From positions 1 to 32,686 of the forward strand of contig JBFWLD010000002.1 in assembly GCA_050252315.1 (NCBI GenBank): a stretch of 32,686 bases of DNA, written 5' to 3'. The stretch comes from Bdellovibrionales bacterium (GTDB taxonomy: Bacteria; Pseudomonadota; Alphaproteobacteria; UBA9219). A program made the translations under genes and the position numbers. The stretch's first letter is position 1. Each line of letters opens with the position of its first letter. The notes below the pieces were generated by a model. The model had not been told where the DNA came from. It did no database searches and saw only the letters and a program-made list of their open reading frames with translations. Below, one piece after another: positions 1 to 6,627 of this stretch.

Positions 1-110
1 GTCAGTAAATGGGTTTTCAATCTGGATCCGATTTTCAGTGGGATGGCGATACCTTTTAGCTGAAAAGTAAGGATGCAAAAACCAACTCTTGAACTGCGAT
101 GGGTATAGAA

Positions 111-135
111 CAAAAAACCGCCGAGACGGCGGTTT
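111..135 (-). terminator. Rho-independent terminator downstream of tRNA-Thr; the hairpin is usable on both strands
   Basis: An 8-bp stem aaccgccg/cggcggtt (116-123 / 127-134) has a 3-nt loop. On the minus strand it is followed by a T-run (complement of a112-a117). On the plus strand it is followed by tttctt. Confidence 0.6.
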
Positions 136-147
136 CTTAAGATTTGA

Positions 148-222
148 TGGTGCCGTTGAAGAGATTTGAACTCCCGACCTTGGCTTTACGAAAGCCCTGC
201 TCTACCGCTGAGCTACAACGGC
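148..222 (-). tRNA. tRNA-Thr (anticodon CGT)
   Basis: The reverse complement folds as a 75-nt cloverleaf. Acceptor GCCGTTG/CAACGGC, then TA, D-arm GCTC-AGCGGTA-GAGC. Anticodon arm GGGCT-TTCGTAA-AGCCA (loop T-T-CGT-A-A). T-arm GGGAG-TTCAAAT-CTCTT. Discriminator A and an encoded CCA. Confidence 0.92.
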
Positions 223-293
223 ACTCAAGCGGATCGAATGCTCTTAACGGGTCCTAAGCAACTCGTCAACACCTGCCTTCATTTTTAGCGTTT

Positions 294-1328
294 TTAGGGG
301 TGAATCGGGGCTAAATAAGCACAAAATTCTTCCGAACATACCTCCCACTCATGACAACGGGCAAAAGCTCTCGCCGCCTCACGCGACTCAGGTAAGGCCA
401 ACGCCTGATCCACGGCTTCTTGCAAATTCTCTTTTAAAACAACAAATTGCTTGCATTCCTTGGCAACAAAAAGGTCCTTCGGACCGGGGGCCGGATAGGC
501 CGCGATGCGAAGCCCCGCCGCGCACGCTTCGAGCAAAACAAGGCCAAAAGTGTCCGTTTTTGATGCAAAAACGAACAAATTTGCGCAAAAATAGGCGCAA
601 AAAAGGGCCTCTTTTTCCAGTTTTCCAAGGAACCTAACCTGAGGATATTTTTTCCGAAGGCGCTCCAAATCCGGCCCGTCACCGACCACGACTTTTGTTC
701 CAACCGTTTGAATTTCCAAAAACATTTCAAGATTTTTTTCAACCGCTACGCGCCCAACGGACAGCAAAATGGGCCGCGCCAGCCCTTCATAGGGATCAAC
801 GGCAAAATCCACTTTTCCAAACGCTTCTACATCTACCCCACGACCCCATATCTTAATGTTTTCAATACCATAGCCTCTCAATTCCTCTTTAATCGAAAGG
901 GTTGGAACCAGAACCACTTTGGACGGCGCATGAAATTTCCTAAGCACAGAAATGCTAATCTTTTCAATAAGTTCCTTCATAATTTTCGGAACTCGCGCGG
1001 CTAAATATTGCGGAAATCGCGTATGATACGCGGTCGTAAACTGTCCCTTTTTTTTCAAACAAATCGCCCTCGCCGCCCACCCCATAGGGCCCTCGGTCGC
1101 GATATGAATCGCGTCAGGCAGAAACGATTCTATTATTCTTTTCAATCGGTTATATGAAAAAAGATCCAACTTTATTTCCGGATAAAAGGGCAAAGAAACG
1201 CCGCCCTTCGGGCCGACTATCTTGACCTCATGCCCTTTTTTTTCCAAACACCGCGCCGTATTTTGCAAAGTTCTAACCACACCGTTCACTTGCGGTTCCC
1301 ACGCATCGGTGACAATCAAAATTTTCAT
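294..1328 (-). CDS. GT4-family (GT-B fold) glycosyltransferase, 344 aa
   Basis: The N-terminus MKILIVTDAWEPQVNGVV is typical of GT4 enzymes. The C-terminal donor-binding motif FASKTDTFGLVLLEACAAG is of the E-x7-E type. The ATG overlaps the stop of the upstream gene (ATGA at 1325-1328). Confidence 0.85.
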   Translation of the reverse strand: MKILIVTDAWEPQVNGVVRTLQNTARCLEKKGHEVKIVGPKGGVSLPFYPEIKLDLFSYNRLKRIIESFLPDAIHIATEGPMGWAARAICLKKKGQFTTAYHTRFPQYLAARVPKIMKELIEKISISVLRKFHAPSKVVLVPTLSIKEELRGYGIENIKIWGRGVDVEAFGKVDFAVDPYEGLARPILLSVGRVAVEKNLEMFLEIQTVGTKVVVGDGPDLERLRKKYPQVRFLGKLEKEALFCAYFCANLFVFASKTDTFGLVLLEACAAGLRIAAYPAPGPKDLFVAKECKQFVVLKENLQEAVDQALALPESREAARAFARCHEWEVCSEEFCAYLAPIHP

Positions 1329-2131
1329 ACAGCCGGATCTCCCAGCGCTTTAAGCAACGCCGCGCGCTGTTGCGGCCAATTGATAATTGAGAGATGTCCA
1401 TCGAAATCTTCGACAATTGCCGTGCAAGATTCGACCCAATCGCCGCAATTACAATAAAGCGAGTCGCCGATCATGCGGATTTCAGCTTGATGGATGTGGC
1501 CGCACAAAACGCCGTCCACATGATGGCGGCGGGCTTCGTCAGCGAGAAGGGTTTCATAGGCGCTGATATATTCGACGGCATTTTTGACTTTGCTTTTCAG
1601 GTAAGCGGAAAGCGACCAATAGGAAAAACCAAGTTTCCGCCGAATGGTATTGAGCAATGTATTGACGGAAAGCGCGAAGGTATAAGCGACATCGCCGAGC
1701 TTGGCGACCCATTTAGCAAAACCGATCACAGCGTCATATTGATCGCCATGCAAAATGAGGAAACGCTTGCCGTTTGCGAGCGTATGAACGATCTGGTTCG
1801 TGATGAGAACGCCGCCAAATTGCAGCCCACAAAAATCGCGAACCAATTCGTCATGATTTCCCGGAATGTAGAAAACGTTGGAGCCTTTTCGGGCACGCCG
1901 AAGAATTTTTTGAACAACATCGTTATGCGGCTGAGGCCAATACCAACGTTTACGCAATTGCCATCCATCGACAATATCCCCAACGAGATAAAGATAGTCG
2001 GATTCCGTATAGCGTAAAAAATCGACAAGAGCTTCGGCCTGACAACCGCGCGTGCCCAGATGGATGTCGGAAAGCCAAATCGTTCGATACCGGAGGCACA
2101 GGGTGGTCGGTTCGTTTTCCTCGACGCTCAT
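1325..2131 (-). CDS. LpxH-family calcineurin-like metallophosphoesterase (UDP-2,3-diacylglucosamine diphosphatase-like), 268 aa
   Basis: The full metallophosphoesterase motif set is present: WLSDIHLG, LVGDIVDGW, GNHDE, LHGDQYD, CGHIH. The N-terminal layout resembles LpxH. It is translationally coupled to the GT4 gene. Confidence 0.8.
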   Translation of the reverse strand: MSVEENEPTTLCLRYRTIWLSDIHLGTRGCQAEALVDFLRYTESDYLYLVGDIVDGWQLRKRWYWPQPHNDVVQKILRRARKGSNVFYIPGNHDELVRDFCGLQFGGVLITNQIVHTLANGKRFLILHGDQYDAVIGFAKWVAKLGDVAYTFALSVNTLLNTIRRKLGFSYWSLSAYLKSKVKNAVEYISAYETLLADEARRHHVDGVLCGHIHQAEIRMIGDSLYCNCGDWVESCTAIVEDFDGHLSIINWPQQRAALLKALGDPAV

Positions 2132-2180
2132 GCTGTTTTATTCCCTCAGGATAAGAAACGAGCGCAGATTACACATAGTT

Positions 2181-3530
2181 TTAGATGCCTGCAACCGTCA
2201 TTCCTTCGATTCGTAGCGTTGGGGCATCAATGCCGTAGCGGAAGGTTAGATCGTCGGCTGCGGTCATGTGAAGGAACATATCCTTCAAATTACCGGCAAT
2301 GGTCATTTCAAAGACCGGGTAAGTAATCTCGCCGTTTTCGATCCAGAATCCACGCGCGGCTTGGCTCAGATCGCCAGTCACGCCGTTAATACCATCCCCC
2401 ATTAATTCAGTAATGTAAAAGCCGCTTTTAATGTCCCGCATTAAGTCGGTTGGCGAGAGTGTTCCGGCCTCAATATAGGCATTCGTCGGCGACGGGTGCG
2501 GCACGCCGGAAGTGCCGCGCGAGCCGTGCCCTGTGCTTTGAAGCCCCAACTGACGGGCCGAACGCAAATCCATCAGCCATGTTTGCAAGACTCCGTTTTG
2601 GACCAAGGCACGACGCTGGGGTTGAATGCCTTCACCGTCGAACATTTTGGAGCGGCTGCCGCGCTGTCTAAACGGATCATCGGTCACGGTAATGGTTTCG
2701 GCAAAGACTTGCTTGTCCATATGATCTTTGAGAAAGCTTGTGCCTCGGGCCACGGCGCTGCCGGAAATAGATCCCAGAAACGCCGCGAGCAATCCGTTGG
2801 ACTCGCGCGGATCGAAAACAACAGGCACCTGACAAGACGGCACTTTACGCGCCCCGAGATTTTTTAAAGCACGATGGGCTGCCGTCAGGCCAATATCTTG
2901 AGCGGACCTTAAGTCGCTTTGAAAAACCACGGAGTCGTAATCGTAATCGCTTTCCATCTCTGTCCCCTGCCCGGCCAACACGGAAACGGAAGTGCCGTAG
3001 CCCGTACGTCGGTAAGAACCAGAAAATCCGTTTGTGGCGCGAAGAGCGATAAAAGTCTCGCCACCACTGGCGCTCGCGCCTTCGCATTGGGTAACGCCTT
3101 CAACGGACAAGGCGGCTTGTTCGGCTTGTTTGGCGCGTTCAATATATTGATTCACGTCCACATCGTAATCGTCGGCCAATTCAATTTCCGGAAAGGTTCG
3201 TGCGATTTGATTGGGAGAAGCAAGACCGCAAAAAGGATCTTCCGGTGCGACCTTGGCCATATCGACGACTCGCTGCGCGATTTCCTCTAATCCTTTGGGG
3301 CTGTCGTCCGAAGTGCTGGCCGAAGCTTGGTGCTTACCGAAAAAAACGCGAAGGCCAATGTCCGCAGCTTCGGAATGTTCCATATCCTCTAATTTGCCAT
3401 CGCGCCATGACACGCCGATACTCTTGCCTTCGACATAAAGCGCGTCCACATCCTGAGCGCCCAAGCGCTTGGCATGAGCTATGACATCTTCCAGCTTTTG
3501 ATGGGCCTTGGCTGTGTCGAAACTTCCCAT
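2181..3530 (-). CDS. pmbA: PmbA/TldE-family metalloprotease (TldD/PmbA superfamily), 449 aa
   Basis: The translation reads MGSFDTAKAHQKLEDVIAHAKRLGAQDVDALYVEGKSIGVSWRDGKLE and ends TFRYGIDAPTLRIEGMTVAG, typical of PmbA. The start was chosen at the ATG at 3530, preceded by aaggagataaaa (strong SD), not at the longer track ORF start at 3602. Confidence 0.88.
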   Translation of the reverse strand: MGSFDTAKAHQKLEDVIAHAKRLGAQDVDALYVEGKSIGVSWRDGKLEDMEHSEAADIGLRVFFGKHQASASTSDDSPKGLEEIAQRVVDMAKVAPEDPFCGLASPNQIARTFPEIELADDYDVDVNQYIERAKQAEQAALSVEGVTQCEGASASGGETFIALRATNGFSGSYRRTGYGTSVSVLAGQGTEMESDYDYDSVVFQSDLRSAQDIGLTAAHRALKNLGARKVPSCQVPVVFDPRESNGLLAAFLGSISGSAVARGTSFLKDHMDKQVFAETITVTDDPFRQRGSRSKMFDGEGIQPQRRALVQNGVLQTWLMDLRSARQLGLQSTGHGSRGTSGVPHPSPTNAYIEAGTLSPTDLMRDIKSGFYITELMGDGINGVTGDLSQAARGFWIENGEITYPVFEMTIAGNLKDMFLHMTAADDLTFRYGIDAPTLRIEGMTVAGI

Positions 3531-3647
3531 TTTTATCTCCTTTTTTATATTTTCGTGCATAAACCGAAAACGCCTTAAACGCAATGCGTATGGCAGGGCC
3601 ATAAACTCGCATTAACAAAATATGAAAAACGGAGTGAAAAACAAATG

Positions 3648-3688
3648 GGATGCCAGCCTTCGCTGGCATGACAAGAATTTTTTGTTAG
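3648..3688 (+). repeat. REP-like palindromic element, copy 1
   Basis: Sequence GGATGCCAGCCTTCGCTGGCATGACAAGAATTTTTTGTTAG, with an 8-bp stem atgccagc/gctggcat. It shares GGAT, the palindrome architecture, ATGAC and TTTTTGTTAG with copy 2 at 5357-5395, in the same orientation. Confidence 0.6.
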
Positions 3689-3740
3689 TTTAGCCTCCCA
3701 AAACCAGCAGTATTTTGGTCTATGTCACCACAAAAGGGGG

Positions 3741-4022
3741 TCATGCAAGTCCCCGCCTTCGCGACGATAAACTCCGGCTGGCGTCCCATTTACTGTTTGT
3801 TACTCCGACTTCGGAGCCCTGATATGTACGGTTCATTATCGCGACACGAGCGAGGGCGAAAGCCAAGGGCCAAAGAGAAAGAAGCTCTGAGGTCGTGAAG
3901 GCATCGCTTGTGATGTCTGCGGGACGGCAGGCTCCTTTGGCGGAAAGGACAGTCGCGATAAGCTCGGACAGGCGCTCGGCCTGCGCAAGGCGATGCCGCG
4001 TCCCTCTTTTTGCGTTAGTCAT
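3741..4022 (-). CDS. Hypothetical 93-aa protein; its ATG overlaps the end of the upstream 53-aa ORF
   Basis: The ATG at 4022 lies 8 nt before the end of the 53-aa ORF (gaaaATGACTAAcgc). The translation is MTNAKRGTRHRLAQAERLSELIATVLSAKG... with no recognisable domain. An internal segment, ITSDAFTTSEL, recurs as a fragment at 5218-5391. Confidence 0.45.
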   Translation of the reverse strand: MTNAKRGTRHRLAQAERLSELIATVLSAKGACRPADITSDAFTTSELLSLWPLAFALARVAIMNRTYQGSEVGVTNSKWDASRSLSSRRRGLA

Positions 4023-4176
4023 TTTCAAGCGCCTTGATTTTTGCTTCGAGTTTGCAAAAGCGCAAGCTGACACCGACCGCCAACACCAGCAGGACAATCA
4101 AGATCAAAACAAACGGTTGGGTGAAGTAGGCTTTGAAAAAAGCGCAGGCAAGCACGCTTACGTCGGCATCGTTCAT
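4015..4176 (-). CDS. Small single-pass membrane peptide, 53 aa
   Basis: Hand-translated: MNDADVSVLACAFFKAYFTQPFVLILIVLLVLAVGVSLRFCKLEAKIKALEND. A strong SD (ccGGAAGGAaaaaccgATG) precedes it. It has one hydrophobic helix of about 22 residues followed by a short amphipathic tail. It falls below the ORF-track length cutoff. Confidence 0.5.
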   Translation of the reverse strand: MNDADVSVLACAFFKAYFTQPFVLILIVLLVLAVGVSLRFCKLEAKIKALEND

Positions 4177-4195
4177 CGGTTTTTCCTTCCGGCTC

Positions 4196-4411
4196 TACAG
4201 GGTATCGGCCAGCGAGGATTCGCTGGCCGCCGGAGGTTAAGAAACCGACACAAGGACGGCGCGATACTTTTTAGCCGTAAGGCTTGGACATATAGCATCG
4301 CCCTCCGGCGCAACACCGAAAGGCGACATCCGTAACGGACGATGTCATACCGCTTGTGTGAGGTTCTTAATCCTCAGAAGACAGGCGCATGAAACCCGGC
4401 TTCATGTGCGC
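4196..4411. other. Hairpin-dense non-coding region: candidate 5' leader or small RNA, class unknown
   Basis: No credible ORF. Helices seen:
- H1: 4207-4215/4220-4228, 9 bp
- H2: long-range 4228-4236/4302-4310, 9 bp (cgccggagg/cctccggcg), enclosing a GNRA hairpin agcc-GTAA-ggct at 4273-4284
- H3: 4325-4346
- H4: 4359-4376
- H5: 4385-4411

The region lies directly upstream of the 53-aa ORF on the minus strand and about 140 nt upstream of the 72-aa ORF on the plus strand. Confidence 0.35.
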
Positions 4412-4551
4412 ATGATGGAGATAAGTCTTTGGTCGGTCAACTGAAAAGGGGCGGTCAAAATGTCCTCTTTGAAAACATTAACCTTTCGCTAACGCTATTG
4501 AGGTTTTCGGAAAAAAAGCCCAATATATTGGCAGACAGCAAAGGGCCCATT

Positions 4552-4770
4552 ATGGACTTTTATAAAGTTGCAAACGAAATTGTATCATGGGCGGAAACCC
4601 TTTCAGGGGCATTCGTTTTCTACACATCACTCGCCGTTCTTACCTTTGGAGCCTGTTACTATGGCAACAGAATTAGGAAATGCTATAAGAAAAAGTATGG
4701 CAAACCTGAAGAAATGCCTTTTAAAACCATCCCCAATCTAAACTTACCAAAATCAGAGTTTAAAATTTAG
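4552..4770 (+). CDS. Hypothetical small membrane protein, 72 aa, in AT-rich DNA
   Basis: ATG at 4552. Translation: MDFYKVANEIVSWAETLSGAFVFYTSLAVLTFGACYYGNRIRKCYKKKYGKPEE... It has one hydrophobic helix followed by a Lys-rich tail. The SD is weak. Its 3' end overlaps the convergent 155-aa ORF by 11 nt. Confidence 0.4.
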   Translation: MDFYKVANEIVSWAETLSGAFVFYTSLAVLTFGACYYGNRIRKCYKKKYGKPEEMPFKTIPNLNLPKSEFKI

Positions 4771-5227
4771 GTTCGATCATACCGCCGCCGCTTCTTTTGT
4801 TTTCCATTCGTTCATGCTGTCGGCAGTCATCATTGGATGCACAAAATATAAAGGTTTTCTCATTCCTAAACGGCTTAACTGCTGCCATTCCCCATTGTTT
4901 TGACGTTTCAGCAAAATAATACAAAATGAATGCGTGTTTGGCTTTCCCAGGGCATGCACAAAGATGTTTCCCTATCCAACAGAACCCATTGCTAATATTC
5001 TTCCAAGTTGCGGCAACCACACCGACGGTTGCTCCGGCTGAGGCTTCGGCAACAGCATGCGTAGATTGAGGATCAAAACTATATTTTGACACCGTAACTG
5101 CGGCAGCAGCCAACCCTCCTACAACACCTGCAATTTTTACAACATCAACCGTTTCATCATGCTGCCTTTCCGCTAAATCACTGGCTAACGCCTGAGCAAG
5201 GTCTTTTGTAAGACCATTTAATCCCAT
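4760..5227 (-). CDS. Hypothetical 155-aa ORF with a Gly/Ala-rich N-terminal half; possibly decayed
   Basis: The N-terminal half (GVVGGLAAAAVTV, AGATVGVVAATW) looks protein-like. The C-terminal half lies in AT-rich DNA and has an odd composition. An alternative-frame 60-aa ORF (4777-4959) covers the same DNA. No domain was recognised. Confidence 0.35.
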   Translation of the reverse strand: MGLNGLTKDLAQALASDLAERQHDETVDVVKIAGVVGGLAAAAVTVSKYSFDPQSTHAVAEASAGATVGVVAATWKNISNGFCWIGKHLCACPGKAKHAFILYYFAETSKQWGMAAVKPFRNEKTFIFCASNDDCRQHERMENKRSGGGMIEPKF

Positions 5228-5391
5228 ACCTGCGCCACAAAGCTTTGAACTTCCGACTTAGTGAAGGCATCGCTTGAAATAGGTTCTTCAAGAGAGAGCG
5301 GCAGACTAGGTCCCGCATATAGCCCATAGCTTGGGATAAAATTTGGGTTTGGGCCTGGATCCCGGTTTACACCGGGATGACGATGTTTTTG
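5218..5391 (-). pseudogene. Startless open frame (57 codons) carrying a paralogous fragment of the 93-aa ORF
   Basis: The frame reads ...LSLEEPISSDAFTKSEVQSFVAQVWD*, against ...CRPADITSDAFTTSELLSLW... in the 93-aa ORF. A 16-nt exact match (5261-5276 = 3895-3910, gtgaaggcatcgcttg on the plus strand) underlies it. There is no ATG, GTG or TTG in the frame. Its stop overlaps the ATG of the 155-aa ORF. Confidence 0.25.
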
Positions 5392-5395
5392 TTAG
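5357..5395 (+). repeat. REP-like palindromic element, copy 2
   Basis: Sequence GGATCCCGGTTTACACCGGGATGACGATGTTTTTGTTAG, with a perfect 8-bp stem atcccggt/accgggat (5359-5366 / 5371-5378). It has the same architecture and flanking motifs as copy 1. Confidence 0.6.
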
Positions 5396-5607
5396 GCATT
5401 ACGATCCCATAAGGTCATCGCTCTCGGGGAAAGTTTTGCGGAAAGACGTTGGGCGAGTGTTTTTAAAATGGATAGTACTGGCATTTTTTAACAGAGTTAC
5501 TGACAAGCATCTAGTTACGGTTCTAACCATATGCGATTGTCCTGCCCCCCCCGAAGGACAAAGATGGAATGGATTGTTCCTAAAAAAGGGGGAGATTAAG
5601 CAGACTG

Positions 5608-6615
5608 TCAATGATAGGTGACGTCGCGCGTTTTGCCGTGGAAAACTTTATAGGCAAAAATCGTATAGCCGATCATAAAGGGCAGAACCGCCAAGGCCCC
5701 AACAAGGATAAACATCAAGGAGGCCGGGGCGCTTGCGGCTTCGACAATCTTGAGTTGTCCGGGCACAATGTACGGATAGAAACTGTAGGACAGTCCGATC
5801 ACGCAGGCCAAAAACACGCCAGAGGTCAGGACAAAGGGTATCCAACATTTACAATCCGGGCTAGTTGGTAGCTGCCGCAAGACGACTTCGATCCAACCAA
5901 CCAACACGACCGTCAAAATCGGAACCGGTGCCATATAAAGAATGTCTGGAAAGGCAAACCAACGCGAAAAGACGTGCTGGCTTACCATGGGGGTTGCAAG
6001 CGAAACCAACACGATCCCTACGACCGTCCCACGCAAGCCGAGCGAAGCCCACGCTACGGCTTTTTGCTGCAACGCGCCTTCGGTTTTCATCAACAACCAA
6101 GACGAGCCGATCAGCACATAGGCAGCGGCAACCGAGAGTCCTACGACCAGACAAAACAGCCATGACACCCAATCGTGCGAAAAGCCCAAGACATAGGACC
6201 CGACCATATAACCTTGGGAAATGGCCACGAGGAAAGAGGCTCCGGAAAAAACCGTATCCCAGCGTTCCTGATGATCGACTTTGGCTTTGACTCGAAAGTC
6301 AAAAGCAACCCCGCGCAAAATCAAGCCGATCAGCATCAAGGCAACCGGCAAATAAAGATTAGTTAGGACCACCCCGTTCGCCTGAGGAAAAGCGATCAAC
6401 AAAATTCCGACGGCGAGCACAAGCCATGTTTCATTCGCGTCCCAGAAAGGACCAATGGAGGCGATCATGATGTCGCGCTCTTTTCTTTCCACAAATCTGG
6501 CTAGAATCCCGACCCCAAGATCATATCCGTCAAGGATAGCGTACACATACAAAGCCAGCACCATCAAGGCCGCAAAAACCAAAGGCAACCATTGTCCGTT
6601 ATCGAAGATTTCCAT
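5608..6615 (-). CDS. cydB: Cytochrome bd-type quinol oxidase subunit II, 335 aa
   Basis: Polytopic membrane protein with the N-terminal LDGYDLGVGIL signature of CydB/CioB. It lies immediately downstream (12-nt gap) of subunit I. Confidence 0.9.
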   Translation of the reverse strand: MEIFDNGQWLPLVFAALMVLALYVYAILDGYDLGVGILARFVERKERDIMIASIGPFWDANETWLVLAVGILLIAFPQANGVVLTNLYLPVALMLIGLILRGVAFDFRVKAKVDHQERWDTVFSGASFLVAISQGYMVGSYVLGFSHDWVSWLFCLVVGLSVAAAYVLIGSSWLLMKTEGALQQKAVAWASLGLRGTVVGIVLVSLATPMVSQHVFSRWFAFPDILYMAPVPILTVVLVGWIEVVLRQLPTSPDCKCWIPFVLTSGVFLACVIGLSYSFYPYIVPGQLKIVEAASAPASLMFILVGALAVLPFMIGYTIFAYKVFHGKTRDVTYH

Positions 6616-6627
6616 CCTGTTTCTCCT

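Noticed and set aside
1-63. An open frame enters from the left edge on the plus strand (…VSKWVFNLDPIFSGMAIPFS*) and is followed by the 116-134 hairpin.
   Set aside because: Only 20 codons are visible and there is no recognisable motif. It may be the 3' end of a real gene, but that cannot be supported from this window.
223-293. A possible tRNA-Thr promoter: TTGACG at 269-264, a 16-nt spacer, then TTAAGA at 247-242.
   Set aside because: The -35 is good but the -10 matches the consensus at only two of six positions. That is too weak to list as a feature.
1394-2017. A 207-aa plus-strand ORF, and similar long ORFs at 2496-2867, 2919-3290, 6994-7488, 16870-17445, 18395-18907, 27664-28230 and 30124-30867.
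   Set aside because: All lie antisense to, or out of frame within, confidently identified genes (LpxH-like, pmbA, cydA, MFS, mnmA, EamA, rpsK/rpsM). Their compositions are Arg/Ser/Pro-rich, as is typical of shadow ORFs in G+C-richer DNA.
3895-4335. A 146-aa plus-strand ORF spanning the small-ORF islet.
   Set aside because: It is Arg-rich, has no SD and lies antisense to the two better-supported minus-strand ORFs. It also runs through the hairpin-dense region. It is most likely a shadow frame.
4196-4411. Whether the structured region is a known RNA: RNase P RNA, two-piece tmRNA, SRP RNA, 6S, or a TPP, cobalamin, c-di-GMP, fluoride, guanidine or Mn riboswitch.
   Set aside because: None of the signature sequences I know for these families is present in the right context on either strand. 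Those signatures include GAGGAAAGUCCGG / ACAGAACCCGGCUUA, a T-arm GGTTCGA...CCA, GGUCCGGAAGGAAGCAGC, CUGAGA...ACCUGAUCUGGAUAAUGCCAGCG and the B12 box. The CCGGAAGGAA at 4180-4190 is simply the SD of the 53-aa ORF. The class is left unknown and no name is assigned.
5399-5611. A 70-aa ORF immediately after cydB as a possible CydX-like small subunit.
   Set aside because: It starts at a TTG inside the cydB stop region and is not hydrophobic, whereas CydX-type peptides are single-TM peptides of about 30-40 aa. The region is better explained by a 7-bp hairpin (ttgtcct/aggacaa, 5538-5562) that could act as a terminator.
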